A stretch of 64,000 bases of DNA from Ktedonobacteraceae bacterium (GTDB lineage Bacteria > Chloroflexota > Ktedonobacteria > Ktedonobacterales > Ktedonobacteraceae): positions 1,843 through 65,842 of the forward strand of contig JBDTBU010000195.1 of NCBI GenBank assembly GCA_039923935.1, written 5' to 3'. Below are positions 18,907 through 28,494 of the stretch, in pieces; the stretch's first letter is position 1, and the number at the start of each line of letters is the position of its first letter. The notes under the pieces are model-generated. The model had not been told where the DNA came from and made no database searches. It was given only the letters and a program-made list of their open reading frames with translations. The position numbers and the translations under genes are program-made.

Positions 18907-19944
18907 ATGAATAGAGTATCGCTCGTGTATCTATCAAATTTTTGGCAGAATCGTCAGATAAATAGCCACATCTCCTGTCGAGCCAGTCTCGTGTTCCTCT
19001 GTCTTCTCGCAATGCTGCTGACTGCCTGCGACTGGGGTAATAGCGGCAGTAGTGGTCAGCACCAAGCGCTACAAACTGATAACGGGAGCACTGTCACCTA
19101 TAGTACACGCTCCTCAGATGTGTTGGTGCGTTTATTTTATGGTGGTGGCAAGGTTGGTACGTTAGAATTGACGCCAGAGATCAGCCTCTACGGAGATGGT
19201 ATGTTTATCACTGGGCCAAGCTTGCAATTGCGCCAGGGTGGGATCTCAAACGATGATCTGCAAAACCTGTTGCATACCCTGACTGGCACTGATAATCTGC
19301 TTCAATTGCACCGTCAGGTTTTTAACGATATTCCCAATCAGAACGCGGCTCTGCTCCAGGTCACGCTCAACGACAAGAAGTACCAGTTTGTCTATGGACC
19401 GTTCGGCCATCTTCAAGAGGGCAGCCAGGATAGGCATGAGTACCAGCAATTGGGCGACGCTATTGGTGCTATCCAGCAGGCACTCAGCCACCCGACGCAA
19501 GCCTATACCTCGCCACAGAGCGCCCTGTTGGTGCATCAGACCTTCCGCGAGGATTTTACCGAGAATCAGAATCAGACTATTCCGCGCTGGACGCTCAGCA
19601 GGACACTGAACTTGGCACACGCGGCTATCTACGAGTGCGGGGTGGTTCCAGCCGATTTTACTAGTCCGAACTTGGACCTTGGCTGCCTGAACTACACTAT
19701 TCCTCAACTCGCGATCTTGCTTGACCAGCAAAATAGCAACCTGGTTGAAAATCTGTTACATGGCACGCCGCAACAGATGTTTCTCGAAAATAACGACTAT
19801 TATATTGTGATGCTACGCCCGCTCTTGCCTGACGAGCTAGCGCAGCACCACGTAGCTATGTACGGCAACAATAACCAGGACTATACACCCGTCCCGTTGA
19901 AAAGCGGGCCTATTCCCGTGCCAACAGTCACCCCCAGAGCTTGA
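18907..19944 (+). CDS. Hypothetical secreted lipoprotein
   Basis: Signal peptide with lipobox LAMLLTAC. No recognisable catalytic motif. Confidence 0.5.
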   Translation: MNRVSLVYLSNFWQNRQINSHISCRASLVFLCLLAMLLTACDWGNSGSSGQHQALQTDNGSTVTYSTRSSDVLVRLFYGGGKVGTLELTPEISLYGDGMFITGPSLQLRQGGISNDDLQNLLHTLTGTDNLLQLHRQVFNDIPNQNAALLQVTLNDKKYQFVYGPFGHLQEGSQDRHEYQQLGDAIGAIQQALSHPTQAYTSPQSALLVHQTFREDFTENQNQTIPRWTLSRTLNLAHAAIYECGVVPADFTSPNLDLGCLNYTIPQLAILLDQQNSNLVENLLHGTPQQMFLENNDYYIVMLRPLLPDELAQHHVAMYGNNNQDYTPVPLKSGPIPVPTVTPRA

Positions 19945-19968
19945 GAACACAGCAGAATGGGCCAAGTC

Positions 19969-22308
19969 TTATCTGTGCATTGCCAGCCAAACCTTCTCAG
20001 GGGTCAAAGGCATGTCCAAGGCTGTGACACCCAGGGGTGCCAGCGCGTCAAGCACGGCGTTTGTGATCGCTGTCGGTGCACCAATACAGCCAGCTTCGCC
20101 GACGCCTTTGGCACCAAGAATGTTGCGCGGGCTGGGTGTCTCGGTATGGCTCAACTCAAAGTTGGGTAGCTCTGTGGCGAGCGGGAGCGCATAATCCATC
20201 AACGTGCCACTGAGTACCTGCCCACCCTCAGCGTAGAGAACCTGTTCGTACAGCGCCTGCCCTATACCTTGCGCCAGGGCGCCGTGCAACTGACTCTCTA
20301 CCAGCATAGGCACGATGACGCACCCGCAATCATCAACTCCTATGTAGCGCTGTACCTTGACTTCACCTGTCTCAGCATCTACTTTTACAACAGCGAGATG
20401 CGCTCCAAAGGGATATGCTAAGTCCTCCGGCTCAAATCCTTGCATACTGCACAATCCCTGAAGCAGTTCGTTGCGCAAGACTTCCGGGTATTGTTCTTTT
20501 TGCACGACATCTTCAGCGATCCCTGCCAATTGGCCCAATGTGTAGAATTTGCCCGGTACGCCTGTCACCTGCACACGGCCAGCGGAGAGTTCAAGGTCGC
20601 TTTCGGCTGCCTCCAACAAGTGTGCGGCCAGGAGTAGCGCCTTCTTCTTTACATCGCGTGCCGAAAGAGTAATTGCGCTCCCGCCAACCGCCATGCTGCG
20701 ACTGCCAAACGTACCAACCGAGTGGGTATTTGGGCTATCAGCAATGATCACCTCGACCTGTTCGATTGGCACTGCAAACTCAGCAGCGACGAGATACGCA
20801 AAAGCCGTCACATGGCCCTGCCCACTGTCAACCGAAGCCGTCTCCACCACAATCTTGCCCTCTGGGGTGATATGGGTCTGAGCGGTATCGGGGCGTCCAC
20901 TCAGACCTTGTCCGCCAGAGGCACAGCTCTCGACATAAAAAGAGAGGCCAATTCCGATATGCTGACCTTGTTGACGTAAACGTACCTGCTCAGCCCGCAA
21001 TGCCGGATAGTCCGCCTTTTCCAGTAAGAGATCGAGTGCCTGGGTATAATCGCCTGAATCGTAGATTGTTCCTGTTGCTGTTGTGTAGGGGAATGCTTCT
21101 GGTGCTATAAAATTGCGTCTACGCACCTCTACAGGATCGATCCCTAATTCATGTGCGATAGCCTCAATTGTGCGCTCGATAAAATAACTTGCCTCTGGCC
21201 GCCCGGCTCCGCGATAGGCACCAGTCGGGGCAGCACTTGTTTTGACCCCTTTCAGAATCGTTTTAATTGCAGGAATAGCATAGGTGCCAGAGATCATCGA
21301 GACCGTCGATGACGCACTGAGCAGGCTTACATCGCTGGGATAGCCACCAAGGTCCGCACAAACTTCGGCCTTCAACCCAATAATCGTGCCGTCCTTGCGC
21401 ACAGCGGCCTGCATATCGGCAATCATGCCACGTCCATGACCCATCGAGACCATGTTTTCTGTACGACCCTCTAGCCAGCGCACAGGACGTTGCAAGGTAT
21501 GTGCCAGGAAAGCTGTGATAGCCTCTTCGCCACACATCCGTGTCTTGCCACCAAAGGCTCCGCCTACATTGGGAATGGTAATCGAGATGTTGGTCGGTGG
21601 AATGTACAGAATGAGCGCCAGTTGCAGACGAGCGAGCGGGATGGATTGGCTGGAAACCCAGACGGAGAGCGTGCCATCGGCATGTCCTTCGGCAAGGATC
21701 GCCCGACATTCCATCGGTACGGGAGCTAGGCGCGGCTGGATCAGACGCACGGATACCACTGCATCAGCCTGCGCAAAACTCGCTTCGACATCACCAGTTC
21801 CACCCTCCTGCACAATGGCGATGTTCCCATGCTCATCGAACAAAGCGGGTGCATCGCGGTGTAGAGCAGCCTCTAGCCCGGCTACAGACGGCAGTACTTC
21901 GTAGTCAACCTCAATCAGATCGGCGGCATCCTTCGCGCTTGCCTCACTCTCGGCCACAACAGCAGCTACTGGCTCACCCATAAAATGCACCGTGCCGTCC
22001 GCGAGACATGGTTGAGGTGTCCATGACGAACGTGGGTCTAAGCCCGTCAGCAGTCCACCCAGGTGACGCACCTCGGCTGCTGTCACCACCATCACCACAC
22101 CAGGATGGGTCTGGGCCGAACTTACGTCAATATCCACAATACGGGCATGGGGATACGGACTGTAGACAAAACTGGTGTAGAGCATGCCTGGCCGACGCAT
22201 ATCTCCGACATACTGACCCTGGCCAGTTATCAAAGCGAGGTCTTCGCGACGACGCAGCTTCTCTGCTCGTGCTGGTTTCTGTTGGGTTGTACTTTGGTTG
22301 TCACTCAA
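19969..22308 (-). CDS. Xanthine dehydrogenase / aldehyde oxidase / CoxL-family molybdopterin-binding large subunit
   Basis: 779 aa. N-terminal a/b-hammerhead block RREDLALITGQGQYVGD...HARIVDID, Moco-domain blocks including PTGAYRGAGRPEASYFIE (AYRGAGR-type active-site loop), and C-terminal GVGEAGCIGAPTAITNAV. Confidence 0.88.
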   Translation of the reverse strand: MSDNQSTTQQKPARAEKLRRREDLALITGQGQYVGDMRRPGMLYTSFVYSPYPHARIVDIDVSSAQTHPGVVMVVTAAEVRHLGGLLTGLDPRSSWTPQPCLADGTVHFMGEPVAAVVAESEASAKDAADLIEVDYEVLPSVAGLEAALHRDAPALFDEHGNIAIVQEGGTGDVEASFAQADAVVSVRLIQPRLAPVPMECRAILAEGHADGTLSVWVSSQSIPLARLQLALILYIPPTNISITIPNVGGAFGGKTRMCGEEAITAFLAHTLQRPVRWLEGRTENMVSMGHGRGMIADMQAAVRKDGTIIGLKAEVCADLGGYPSDVSLLSASSTVSMISGTYAIPAIKTILKGVKTSAAPTGAYRGAGRPEASYFIERTIEAIAHELGIDPVEVRRRNFIAPEAFPYTTATGTIYDSGDYTQALDLLLEKADYPALRAEQVRLRQQGQHIGIGLSFYVESCASGGQGLSGRPDTAQTHITPEGKIVVETASVDSGQGHVTAFAYLVAAEFAVPIEQVEVIIADSPNTHSVGTFGSRSMAVGGSAITLSARDVKKKALLLAAHLLEAAESDLELSAGRVQVTGVPGKFYTLGQLAGIAEDVVQKEQYPEVLRNELLQGLCSMQGFEPEDLAYPFGAHLAVVKVDAETGEVKVQRYIGVDDCGCVIVPMLVESQLHGALAQGIGQALYEQVLYAEGGQVLSGTLMDYALPLATELPNFELSHTETPSPRNILGAKGVGEAGCIGAPTAITNAVLDALAPLGVTALDMPLTPEKVWLAMHR

Positions 22309-22846
22309 AATAGTGGTCCCCCTTTGTCAGGATACAAAAAACGCTTGATGAAGGGTATCTTGTGGCCTGCTTGCAGAGAAACTCGCCCGGAGTAAAAAAT
22401 ATCTTCCAGACAAGTTTCACTTTTTTACTCGAAATACAGTTTTGCTGGAACCCGATACTCCAAAGATTGATGGATATGGCACTTTAAGGTACTGGCAAGA
22501 TGCGTGCATCTGTGGTCAAAACACCTAATCCACCATAAAATACGGAATAACAGCGTCTCTACTATAGTTACGGCCTTTCGTTATAACGCGAGATTATCGC
22601 GTAAAACAGGCAGTATCGGAGCATGTCTGTTGATTTTACACGATAATGCATTAATAAGAGATAAACCCCCGCAACCATAGTAATGATGCTGTTGATCTGC
22701 GTCATGCTCACTCATCTCTTAAGCACACTACAATGCTAAAATACCTCACCATAACAAAAGTCCGTAATCATAGATGGGACACCATTGATCTGCGTCAGGT
22801 TTTTGCGGAACCCCAAGCGAACATTGGCTTCTGCAAGAGCGGCTTT

Positions 22847-23605
22847 TTAGGCGCTATGCTGTTTGATAAAGGCCAGTACCTTGCTCCATGCGTCGGTTGA
22901 AGCCTCGGCATACTCGGTGGCGCGGCGGTCAAAGAAGCTGTGGGGTGCGCCCTCGTAAATCACGATCTCGTGCTCTACGCCCGCTTGATCCAGATTGGTG
23001 TCGAGAGTGTGCACCTGCTCAACTGGGATACCCTGGTCAGCGCCGCCAAACAGGCCCAGGAAGGGATTGTGTACATGCACCGACTCATCCAGTACAGTGC
23101 CATTGCTGCCAGGGAACTGACGAGCCAGGCCAGCGTAGAAGCCAATCGCACCAGCTAATTTGAGGTCTTGGGTACTCGACAGAATTGAGAGGCTACCGCC
23201 CATACAGAAGCCCATGATAAAGGTTGATTTGCCTGTCGGCAGATGGCCCAGTGTGGCTTTGATGTCGGCGAGCAGGCCAGGGAATTGGAGTTGCTGGACA
23301 TGCGGCCAGAACTCGAATGCATCGTTGCGCTCGGTTAGCCCGGCGGTGCGCCCGAAATAGTCGAAAGCCAGGGCTGTCACGCCGATTTCCGCGAACCGCA
23401 GGGCCAGCTCTTTGTAGAACTGATGTAGCCCGCGTATATCGGGATAGAGCACAATCTGAGCGCCGCTCGCCTGCTCCTGCGCGGGGCGTGCCAGGTATGC
23501 TGCGAACTGATTGCCGTCTGTGGCTGTCAACACGAGATCCTCGCCATGCGCCTGCCCATTCGCGCCTGGTGGCATAGGCGGACGTGCATTATCATCGTAA
23601 CACAT
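22847..23605 (-). CDS. Dienelactone hydrolase family protein
   Basis: alpha/beta hydrolase with nucleophile block FIMGFCMGGSLS, GGADQGIP and YEGAPHSF. Confidence 0.75.
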   Translation of the reverse strand: MCYDDNARPPMPPGANGQAHGEDLVLTATDGNQFAAYLARPAQEQASGAQIVLYPDIRGLHQFYKELALRFAEIGVTALAFDYFGRTAGLTERNDAFEFWPHVQQLQFPGLLADIKATLGHLPTGKSTFIMGFCMGGSLSILSSTQDLKLAGAIGFYAGLARQFPGSNGTVLDESVHVHNPFLGLFGGADQGIPVEQVHTLDTNLDQAGVEHEIVIYEGAPHSFFDRRATEYAEASTDAWSKVLAFIKQHSA

Positions 23606-23776
23606 TGATTGTTTGTCCTTTCACTTGTAGATGTTTCATTATCATATTCCATGATCGCACACAGGTGCAAATGTTGTGAGCTTGAAAGAAAAAAGAAAGT
23701 ATTTTTTTGACAGGAAATGTGCGAGGCGCTATCATAAGAAAACGAATATATTGAGCATACATATGAGAAAGTAATT

Positions 23777-24463
23777 ATGCAAAGTAAACCACAGAGATCT
23801 ATCCAGCCACCCAAAGCGCCAGTGCTGCCCAGAAAGTTCCTGGGGCGTACATTGCCTGGGGAACAACTGGCGGCCTATGGGCGATACGGTCAGTTGAGTC
23901 TCGCACGTGAGCAGTTCAGCGGCCAACTTGCCGAACGGCTCTCGTTCGAGGAGACGCTTTTGAAGCAGGTTAGCCTGCACGCAACTGAGTTAGCGCACGC
24001 ACGCATCGGCGATAGCCGTTTGAGCGAGTGCGATCTGGCCAATGCTAGCTGGTTCCAGGCCGATTTTGCCCGCGTCGAAATGCTCAACTGTCGCCTAACC
24101 GGTTTTCGCGCCATCGAATCGCGTTGGCAGGATGTGCTTTTTAAGGACTGTCAGGCGTCGCTGGCGCAGTTTCGCTTCGCCGTCTTCAAAACAGCCCGTT
24201 TCGAGCACTGCGATCTCAGCGACGCCGATTTCCAGGGCGCGGACCTCACTGGCGTCGTCTTTGCCGATTGTGACCTCAGCCGCGCAGAGATGTCCGGGGC
24301 GAAGCTGGCAGGCGCGGACCTGCGCGGCTGCACACTCGATGGCGTGCACGCTGGCCTGAGCGAGTTGCGCGGCGCGGTGATTGATCCCTCACAAGCCCTG
24401 GCTCTGGTGCAAGCTTTTGGAATAGTGGTTGAATGGGCTGGGCAGGGTGCCAGCGAGATGTAG
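23777..24463 (+). CDS. Pentapeptide-repeat protein
   Basis: Long run of A(D/N)LxX pentapeptides, e.g. CDLSDADFQGADLTGVVFADCDLSRAEMSGAKLAGADLRGCTL. Confidence 0.88.
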   Translation: MQSKPQRSIQPPKAPVLPRKFLGRTLPGEQLAAYGRYGQLSLAREQFSGQLAERLSFEETLLKQVSLHATELAHARIGDSRLSECDLANASWFQADFARVEMLNCRLTGFRAIESRWQDVLFKDCQASLAQFRFAVFKTARFEHCDLSDADFQGADLTGVVFADCDLSRAEMSGAKLAGADLRGCTLDGVHAGLSELRGAVIDPSQALALVQAFGIVVEWAGQGASEM

Positions 24464-24467
24464 GAGC

Positions 24468-25631
24468 TTATGGCCCCTGGCGTATCTGAATATTCCCACT
24501 ATCGGTCTTTACCGTTGTCGGTGCCCCACGGCCTGTCTGCGTGGAAAAATCGCTGGTAGAACTGCCTGTTCCAGGATCGATGTGGAGTTGTATGGCGGTA
24601 TCGCTGGGCAGGGCGAGATCGATTTCTCCACTTGTGCTCGTAAAAGTATAGTTTCCCTGTGGGTCTAGTAGCCCAACCATCATAATGCTTGCTTCTGTCT
24701 GGGCCTGAATCTGGCCTTGCCCACTCAGGTTGACCTGTTGTAATGCAATTGAGCCGTTATTGCCGGTAACGACGTATTTTCCACTGAGCGAGCTATTGAC
24801 AATACGCACATCTCCTTGCGTCGAGGAAATGTTGGACTGGCCGCTAATGGTATCGTTGTTCATGGTAATTGAGCGGTCAGCCTGGAGATTGACCTGCCCA
24901 TGTATCCCGTCAATCTCGATATTGCCACTGCTTGTACCCAGGTTGAGGGCAATGTTCTGCGGCAGAGCAATATCCAGCAAGACGGGATTGCCATCGGTGG
25001 GAGGGTTCACCTTGATGGTCAAAGTGCCGTCGCTGCCCTGCGAAAATTGCAACGGGTCTGACACCGAGCTGTCGCTTAATGCCTGAATTTGGCTCTGTGT
25101 GCCGGGCACGCCGCCATGTACGTGAATGGAGCCGCTGGGATCATCGATTTTCACGGTTGAGGTATGCGCCATATCGTAGCCATACGAGTGCATGACGATC
25201 TGCGACCCCGATCTCCCTGTGTTAAACGCGTGATTCTCTCCCTCAAACGCATGGTTCCCTTTTACGAATGCATGGCTCTCTTTCACCGACGCCTGGTCCT
25301 GCCCTGCCACCATTGCCATCGCCCCAAGCAGAACCGGAACTAAGCAGATCAGGGCAACAATCACTACCAGCCAGGGCCAGAGCGGTCGTCGCGTGCGAGA
25401 TTGTACAGCTATTTTGTCTTGATAAGAGGGCATCTGGTGATGGGCTGCTGGATGTTGTTGCCCCTGATACCCTTGCTTATAAGAAGCGCCGCGCTCATCC
25501 AGCTTATGCTCTTCCGCCAGCCGCTCATGTTGTAGAGCATTGTCAGGTTGGGGGATAGCGTGTGCTTGCGCAGCCAACTGCGCAGAGGGTTGCCAATCTG
25601 GATTGGCAAACTGCATTTCTTGTTCATTCAT
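24468..25631 (-). CDS. Membrane-anchored beta-strand-repeat protein (DUF4097/LiaG-like)
   Basis: Gln/Pro-rich N-terminus, one TM helix (LWPWLVVIVALICLVPVLLGAMAMV), then repeated SGNIEI / GDVRI / GSIAL / SGEIDL / SGNIQI strands. Confidence 0.6.
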   Translation of the reverse strand: MNEQEMQFANPDWQPSAQLAAQAHAIPQPDNALQHERLAEEHKLDERGASYKQGYQGQQHPAAHHQMPSYQDKIAVQSRTRRPLWPWLVVIVALICLVPVLLGAMAMVAGQDQASVKESHAFVKGNHAFEGENHAFNTGRSGSQIVMHSYGYDMAHTSTVKIDDPSGSIHVHGGVPGTQSQIQALSDSSVSDPLQFSQGSDGTLTIKVNPPTDGNPVLLDIALPQNIALNLGTSSGNIEIDGIHGQVNLQADRSITMNNDTISGQSNISSTQGDVRIVNSSLSGKYVVTGNNGSIALQQVNLSGQGQIQAQTEASIMMVGLLDPQGNYTFTSTSGEIDLALPSDTAIQLHIDPGTGSSTSDFSTQTGRGAPTTVKTDSGNIQIRQGP

Positions 25632-26157
25632 CGTTCACTCGTTTCTGCTGTTTTTGCATGTATTTGCTCTCAAAAATGATCTTTACTCCTCTTGAGAAGG
25701 TGCAGCAATGATCTCAACACTTTGCTGCATCTTCCCGTGTGGGAGCGAGATGTTGTTGACCTTGTACCGTTGCTTTGAATATCTCTGTCTATAGAAAATA
25801 TATCTCTCGTAGACAAAGCAGCAACTCAACCATGATAGTTTGCCCTCAGAACATGAAAAATTTGCTTCTATCTATTTGTATGCAGAAGTATACTGAAAGG
25901 TAGGAGCAAATTATTATGGGTTGCCAGTGTCCCGGCAAAAGCTGGGGTCTGCGCCCATGCGGGGAAAGTGTGTGGTAGCAGGTATTCAACATCGCTTTAC
26001 TAGAGCAGATCTATCCTACTACTGTGACCTTTATTCCTCTCTGCATTGCACGACTTTCGTTCTGTCCTGCATTCCTTTGCGTCCCGATGAAGCACACGCT
26101 CCTGCTTTGTCTGGCAGATTGGGCCGCCGAGAGGAGGCCCGGACAGGAGGAACAATC

Positions 26158-27102
26158 ATGAAAGGAATTTCTATGCTTAACAGACATTTCACGGAAAGAA
26201 AAATGTATGTGTTCGCAGTGTTGGCTGTACTGGCGCTGCTACTTCTCGCTGGATGTGGCAATAGCACCTCGGCATCGCCAGCATCTTCGTCATCTTCAAC
26301 TACTTCGTCACAGAATGTTTCGGTCAATACAGTTGTTACCGTGACGACGACTCCGAGTAGCGGCGATTCTGCTCAGGCTACTTTGAAACACATGCCTACA
26401 GGTACCGCCAATCTCAGTTGGGATCACACGACGAAGATGTTGACAGTTCAGGTGATGTTGACAGGTCTTGCTCCCAATAGCACCCATCCGAATCATATTC
26501 ACGACGGAAGCTGTGCTAACCAGGGAAAGGTGCTCTATCCATTGAGCAACCTTGTGGCCGACGCTCACGGTGTAGCGAATGCCACCTCAAAAATTGCGTT
26601 GCCGAATGGTATCCCCGCCAAAGGGATTTATCTGAACGTTCACAATGGTCCTGGCCTCGCGCCTGCCGATCAATTTTTGCCGATTGTGTGTAGCGATATC
26701 ACCAACCATGATACCTCGCTCAGAAGTAGCCAGGTCGTCCAGCTTGCGCTTCAGTCTGCTCCAAATAGCAGCCAGAACGAAGATGCGAGCGGCGTGGTCC
26801 ACTTGAGCATATCAGGGCACACCCTCAAGGTGCAATTGGAGATAAGCGGCCTGGAGCCACATAGCCAACACGCGGCCCATATCCACGCTGGTAGCTGTGC
26901 CAGCCAGGGTGCGGTTCTCTATCCTTTGGAGGTGGTCAAAGCCGACGCTGCTGGCAAAGCCACAGTGACGACGACGATTCAGAATGTGACAGCGATCCCT
27001 TCCACCGGTTGGTATGTCAATGTGCATCGCAGCACCGATCTCTCTACCCAGACCGGTTTTGATCCCACCAGTTGCGGCGATGTGACTCTGAACCGCGTAT
27101 AA
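26158..27102 (+). CDS. Lipoprotein with two tandem CHRD-like domains
   Basis: AGGAGG 8 nt before ATG 26158. Lipobox LLLAGCGN. Internal duplication STHPNHIHDGSCANQGKVLYPL...GIYLNVHNGP versus SQHAAHIHAGSCASQGAVLYPL...GWYVNVHRST. Confidence 0.6.
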   Translation: MKGISMLNRHFTERKMYVFAVLAVLALLLLAGCGNSTSASPASSSSSTTSSQNVSVNTVVTVTTTPSSGDSAQATLKHMPTGTANLSWDHTTKMLTVQVMLTGLAPNSTHPNHIHDGSCANQGKVLYPLSNLVADAHGVANATSKIALPNGIPAKGIYLNVHNGPGLAPADQFLPIVCSDITNHDTSLRSSQVVQLALQSAPNSSQNEDASGVVHLSISGHTLKVQLEISGLEPHSQHAAHIHAGSCASQGAVLYPLEVVKADAAGKATVTTTIQNVTAIPSTGWYVNVHRSTDLSTQTGFDPTSCGDVTLNRV

Positions 27103-27178
27103 TATTCTCTTCTTATATAAAGGATGAAGTGCTGCACATGTTTTCATGTACAACGCTTCACCTTTTATTTTTAGAGTA

Positions 27179-27319
27179 ACTCATATTCTCGTGCTCAATG
27201 AGGGGCGCGTCGAGGCCAGCGGCACTGCCGCAGATCTTCTGCTCACCTCCTCTGAGTTTCGTGCCATCTGGTCTAGCGAAACAGAAGAGGCTTCTGTTTC
27301 TGAGGGAGCTACCGTATAA
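27179..27319 (+). pseudogene. Orphan 3'-terminal fragment of an ABC exporter ATPase gene
   Basis: Translates to THILVLNEGRVEASGTAADLLLTSSEFRAIWSSETEEASVSEGATV*, the typical tail after the H-loop of MsbA-type ABC proteins. Nothing of the gene exists upstream. Confidence 0.6.
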
Positions 27320-27369
27320 AAGCCTCTTTACCGTTTCGGAAATAGAACTCATGCCGGATTTTGTAAAAG

Positions 27370-27419
27370 GATACCACGAAGTCGAGGAAAACACTGCTTT
27401 TCTTCGACTTCGTGGTATC
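27370..27419. repeat. Very stable hairpin (22-bp stem including one G-U, 6-nt loop)
   Basis: GATACCACGAAGTCGAGGAAAA - cactgc - TTTTCTTCGACTTCGTGGTATC, read directly. Confidence 0.9.
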
Positions 27420-27554
27420 TGGGAAAGCTGGAAGGCTCAGAAGAGCAGCCAGCCCAAAGATGTTCTGGTACCTTTGGTTCGTCTAAACATCAGAATTTGG
27501 GCCTCTGCCTATACTGAATACTAGGAGTAGAGAACAACGTTGGATTAGTCCTTT

Positions 27555-27818
27555 TTGGGTGAGAAGAAAGTTAGGTGGGGGATGATGCTTCCTATTGTCA
27601 TGATTGGTATATCGCTGTTTTTTCTGGCCTTTATAGGCATCAACAAATTAGGGGCCACGATTTTTGGATTGGCCGCAGCGATTGGCATGTTATTTGGCAT
27701 ATATTTCGTCTGGGTGGGCCTAACAGGTAACAACGGAAATTTGTTTATCTGGGGAAGCATCCTTGCGGTAGCGGCAGGGGCAACGTTGATCTATCTCAAA
27801 ACGAGTTTTAGTGATTAA
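27555..27818 (+). CDS. Small hypothetical membrane protein (three predicted TM helices)
   Basis: 87 aa, almost entirely hydrophobic (MLPIVMIGISLFFLAFIGI..., LAAAIGMLFGIYFVWVGL, WGSILAVAAGATLIYL). Confidence 0.45.
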   Translation: MGEKKVRWGMMLPIVMIGISLFFLAFIGINKLGATIFGLAAAIGMLFGIYFVWVGLTGNNGNLFIWGSILAVAAGATLIYLKTSFSD

Positions 27819-27902
27819 GGGTGTACTCGCTCACGTTTTTTCTGGCTGAGCGTGGTCCCTTGTTTTTGCGTACGCTACATGCTATGGTGAGATAGAAATA
27901 TC

Positions 27903-28427
27903 TTGTATGGAGCGAAATTCGTCATGAATGTTTGGTACCCGGTCCAGATTCGTTTTCGTGATCTCGACCCTCTGGCCCATGTGAACAATACTGTCTACTT
28001 TGTGTATCTTGAGGAAGCCCGCAGCTATTACTTCAATCAGCTTGACTTGGAGCACTGGCCGACGCAGACTGAAGATCAGATCAATCCCACGGCAGAGGAG
28101 GTGACGCATACCTCGCGTATCTCAACGACCACGATTGGGGCGCACTATGGGATGCTGGTCAAAGATGTTAACTGTACCTATCAATTGCCGTTGATTCGTT
28201 CGGATCAAGCCGAGGTTGGTGTGCACGTCACGCGTGTTGGGCACACTAGTGTCGTAATCGAGCAACAAATCCGTGATGCTCGCGAGCACGAGCGCATCTT
28301 TGCAATTGGACGTACCGTGCTGGTTTGGGCGAACTACCATACTGGTCGGCCTCAACCCGTGCCACCCACGCTACGCGCTGCCTTTGAGCGCATGGAGGGA
28401 CACGCTTTCCCCGCACCAGAAAAATAA
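27903..28427 (+). CDS. Acyl-CoA thioesterase, 4HBT (hot-dog) family
   Basis: VRFRDLDPLAHVNNTVYFVYLEEAR is the YbgC/4HBT signature. The true start may be the internal MNVWYP. Confidence 0.75.
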   Translation: MYGAKFVMNVWYPVQIRFRDLDPLAHVNNTVYFVYLEEARSYYFNQLDLEHWPTQTEDQINPTAEEVTHTSRISTTTIGAHYGMLVKDVNCTYQLPLIRSDQAEVGVHVTRVGHTSVVIEQQIRDAREHERIFAIGRTVLVWANYHTGRPQPVPPTLRAAFERMEGHAFPAPEK

Positions 28428-28444
28428 AATCCAGAGGCATAGTA

Positions 28445-28493
28445 TACGTAGATCATACAAGAACATCTCACTCGCTCTTGTATGATCTACGTA
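28445..28493. terminator. Bidirectional terminator-like hairpin between convergent genes (18-bp perfect stem, 13-nt loop)
   Basis: TACGTAGATCATACAAGA - acatctcactcgc - TCTTGTATGATCTACGTA. It sits between stop 28427 (+) and stop 28495 (-). Confidence 0.7.
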
Positions 28494-28494
28494 C

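Noticed and set aside
22309-22846. Possible Moco riboswitch or sRNA upstream of the XDH-family gene
   Set aside because: I could not recognise the conserved Moco-motif elements by eye. Only a 13-nt direct repeat was seen. A covariance-model scan is needed before any call.
25921-26157. Long N-terminal extension of the CHRD lipoprotein ORF (start at 25921)
   Set aside because: The extension has no signal-peptide logic. A strong AGGAGG-ATG at 26158 gives a normal lipoprotein signal sequence.
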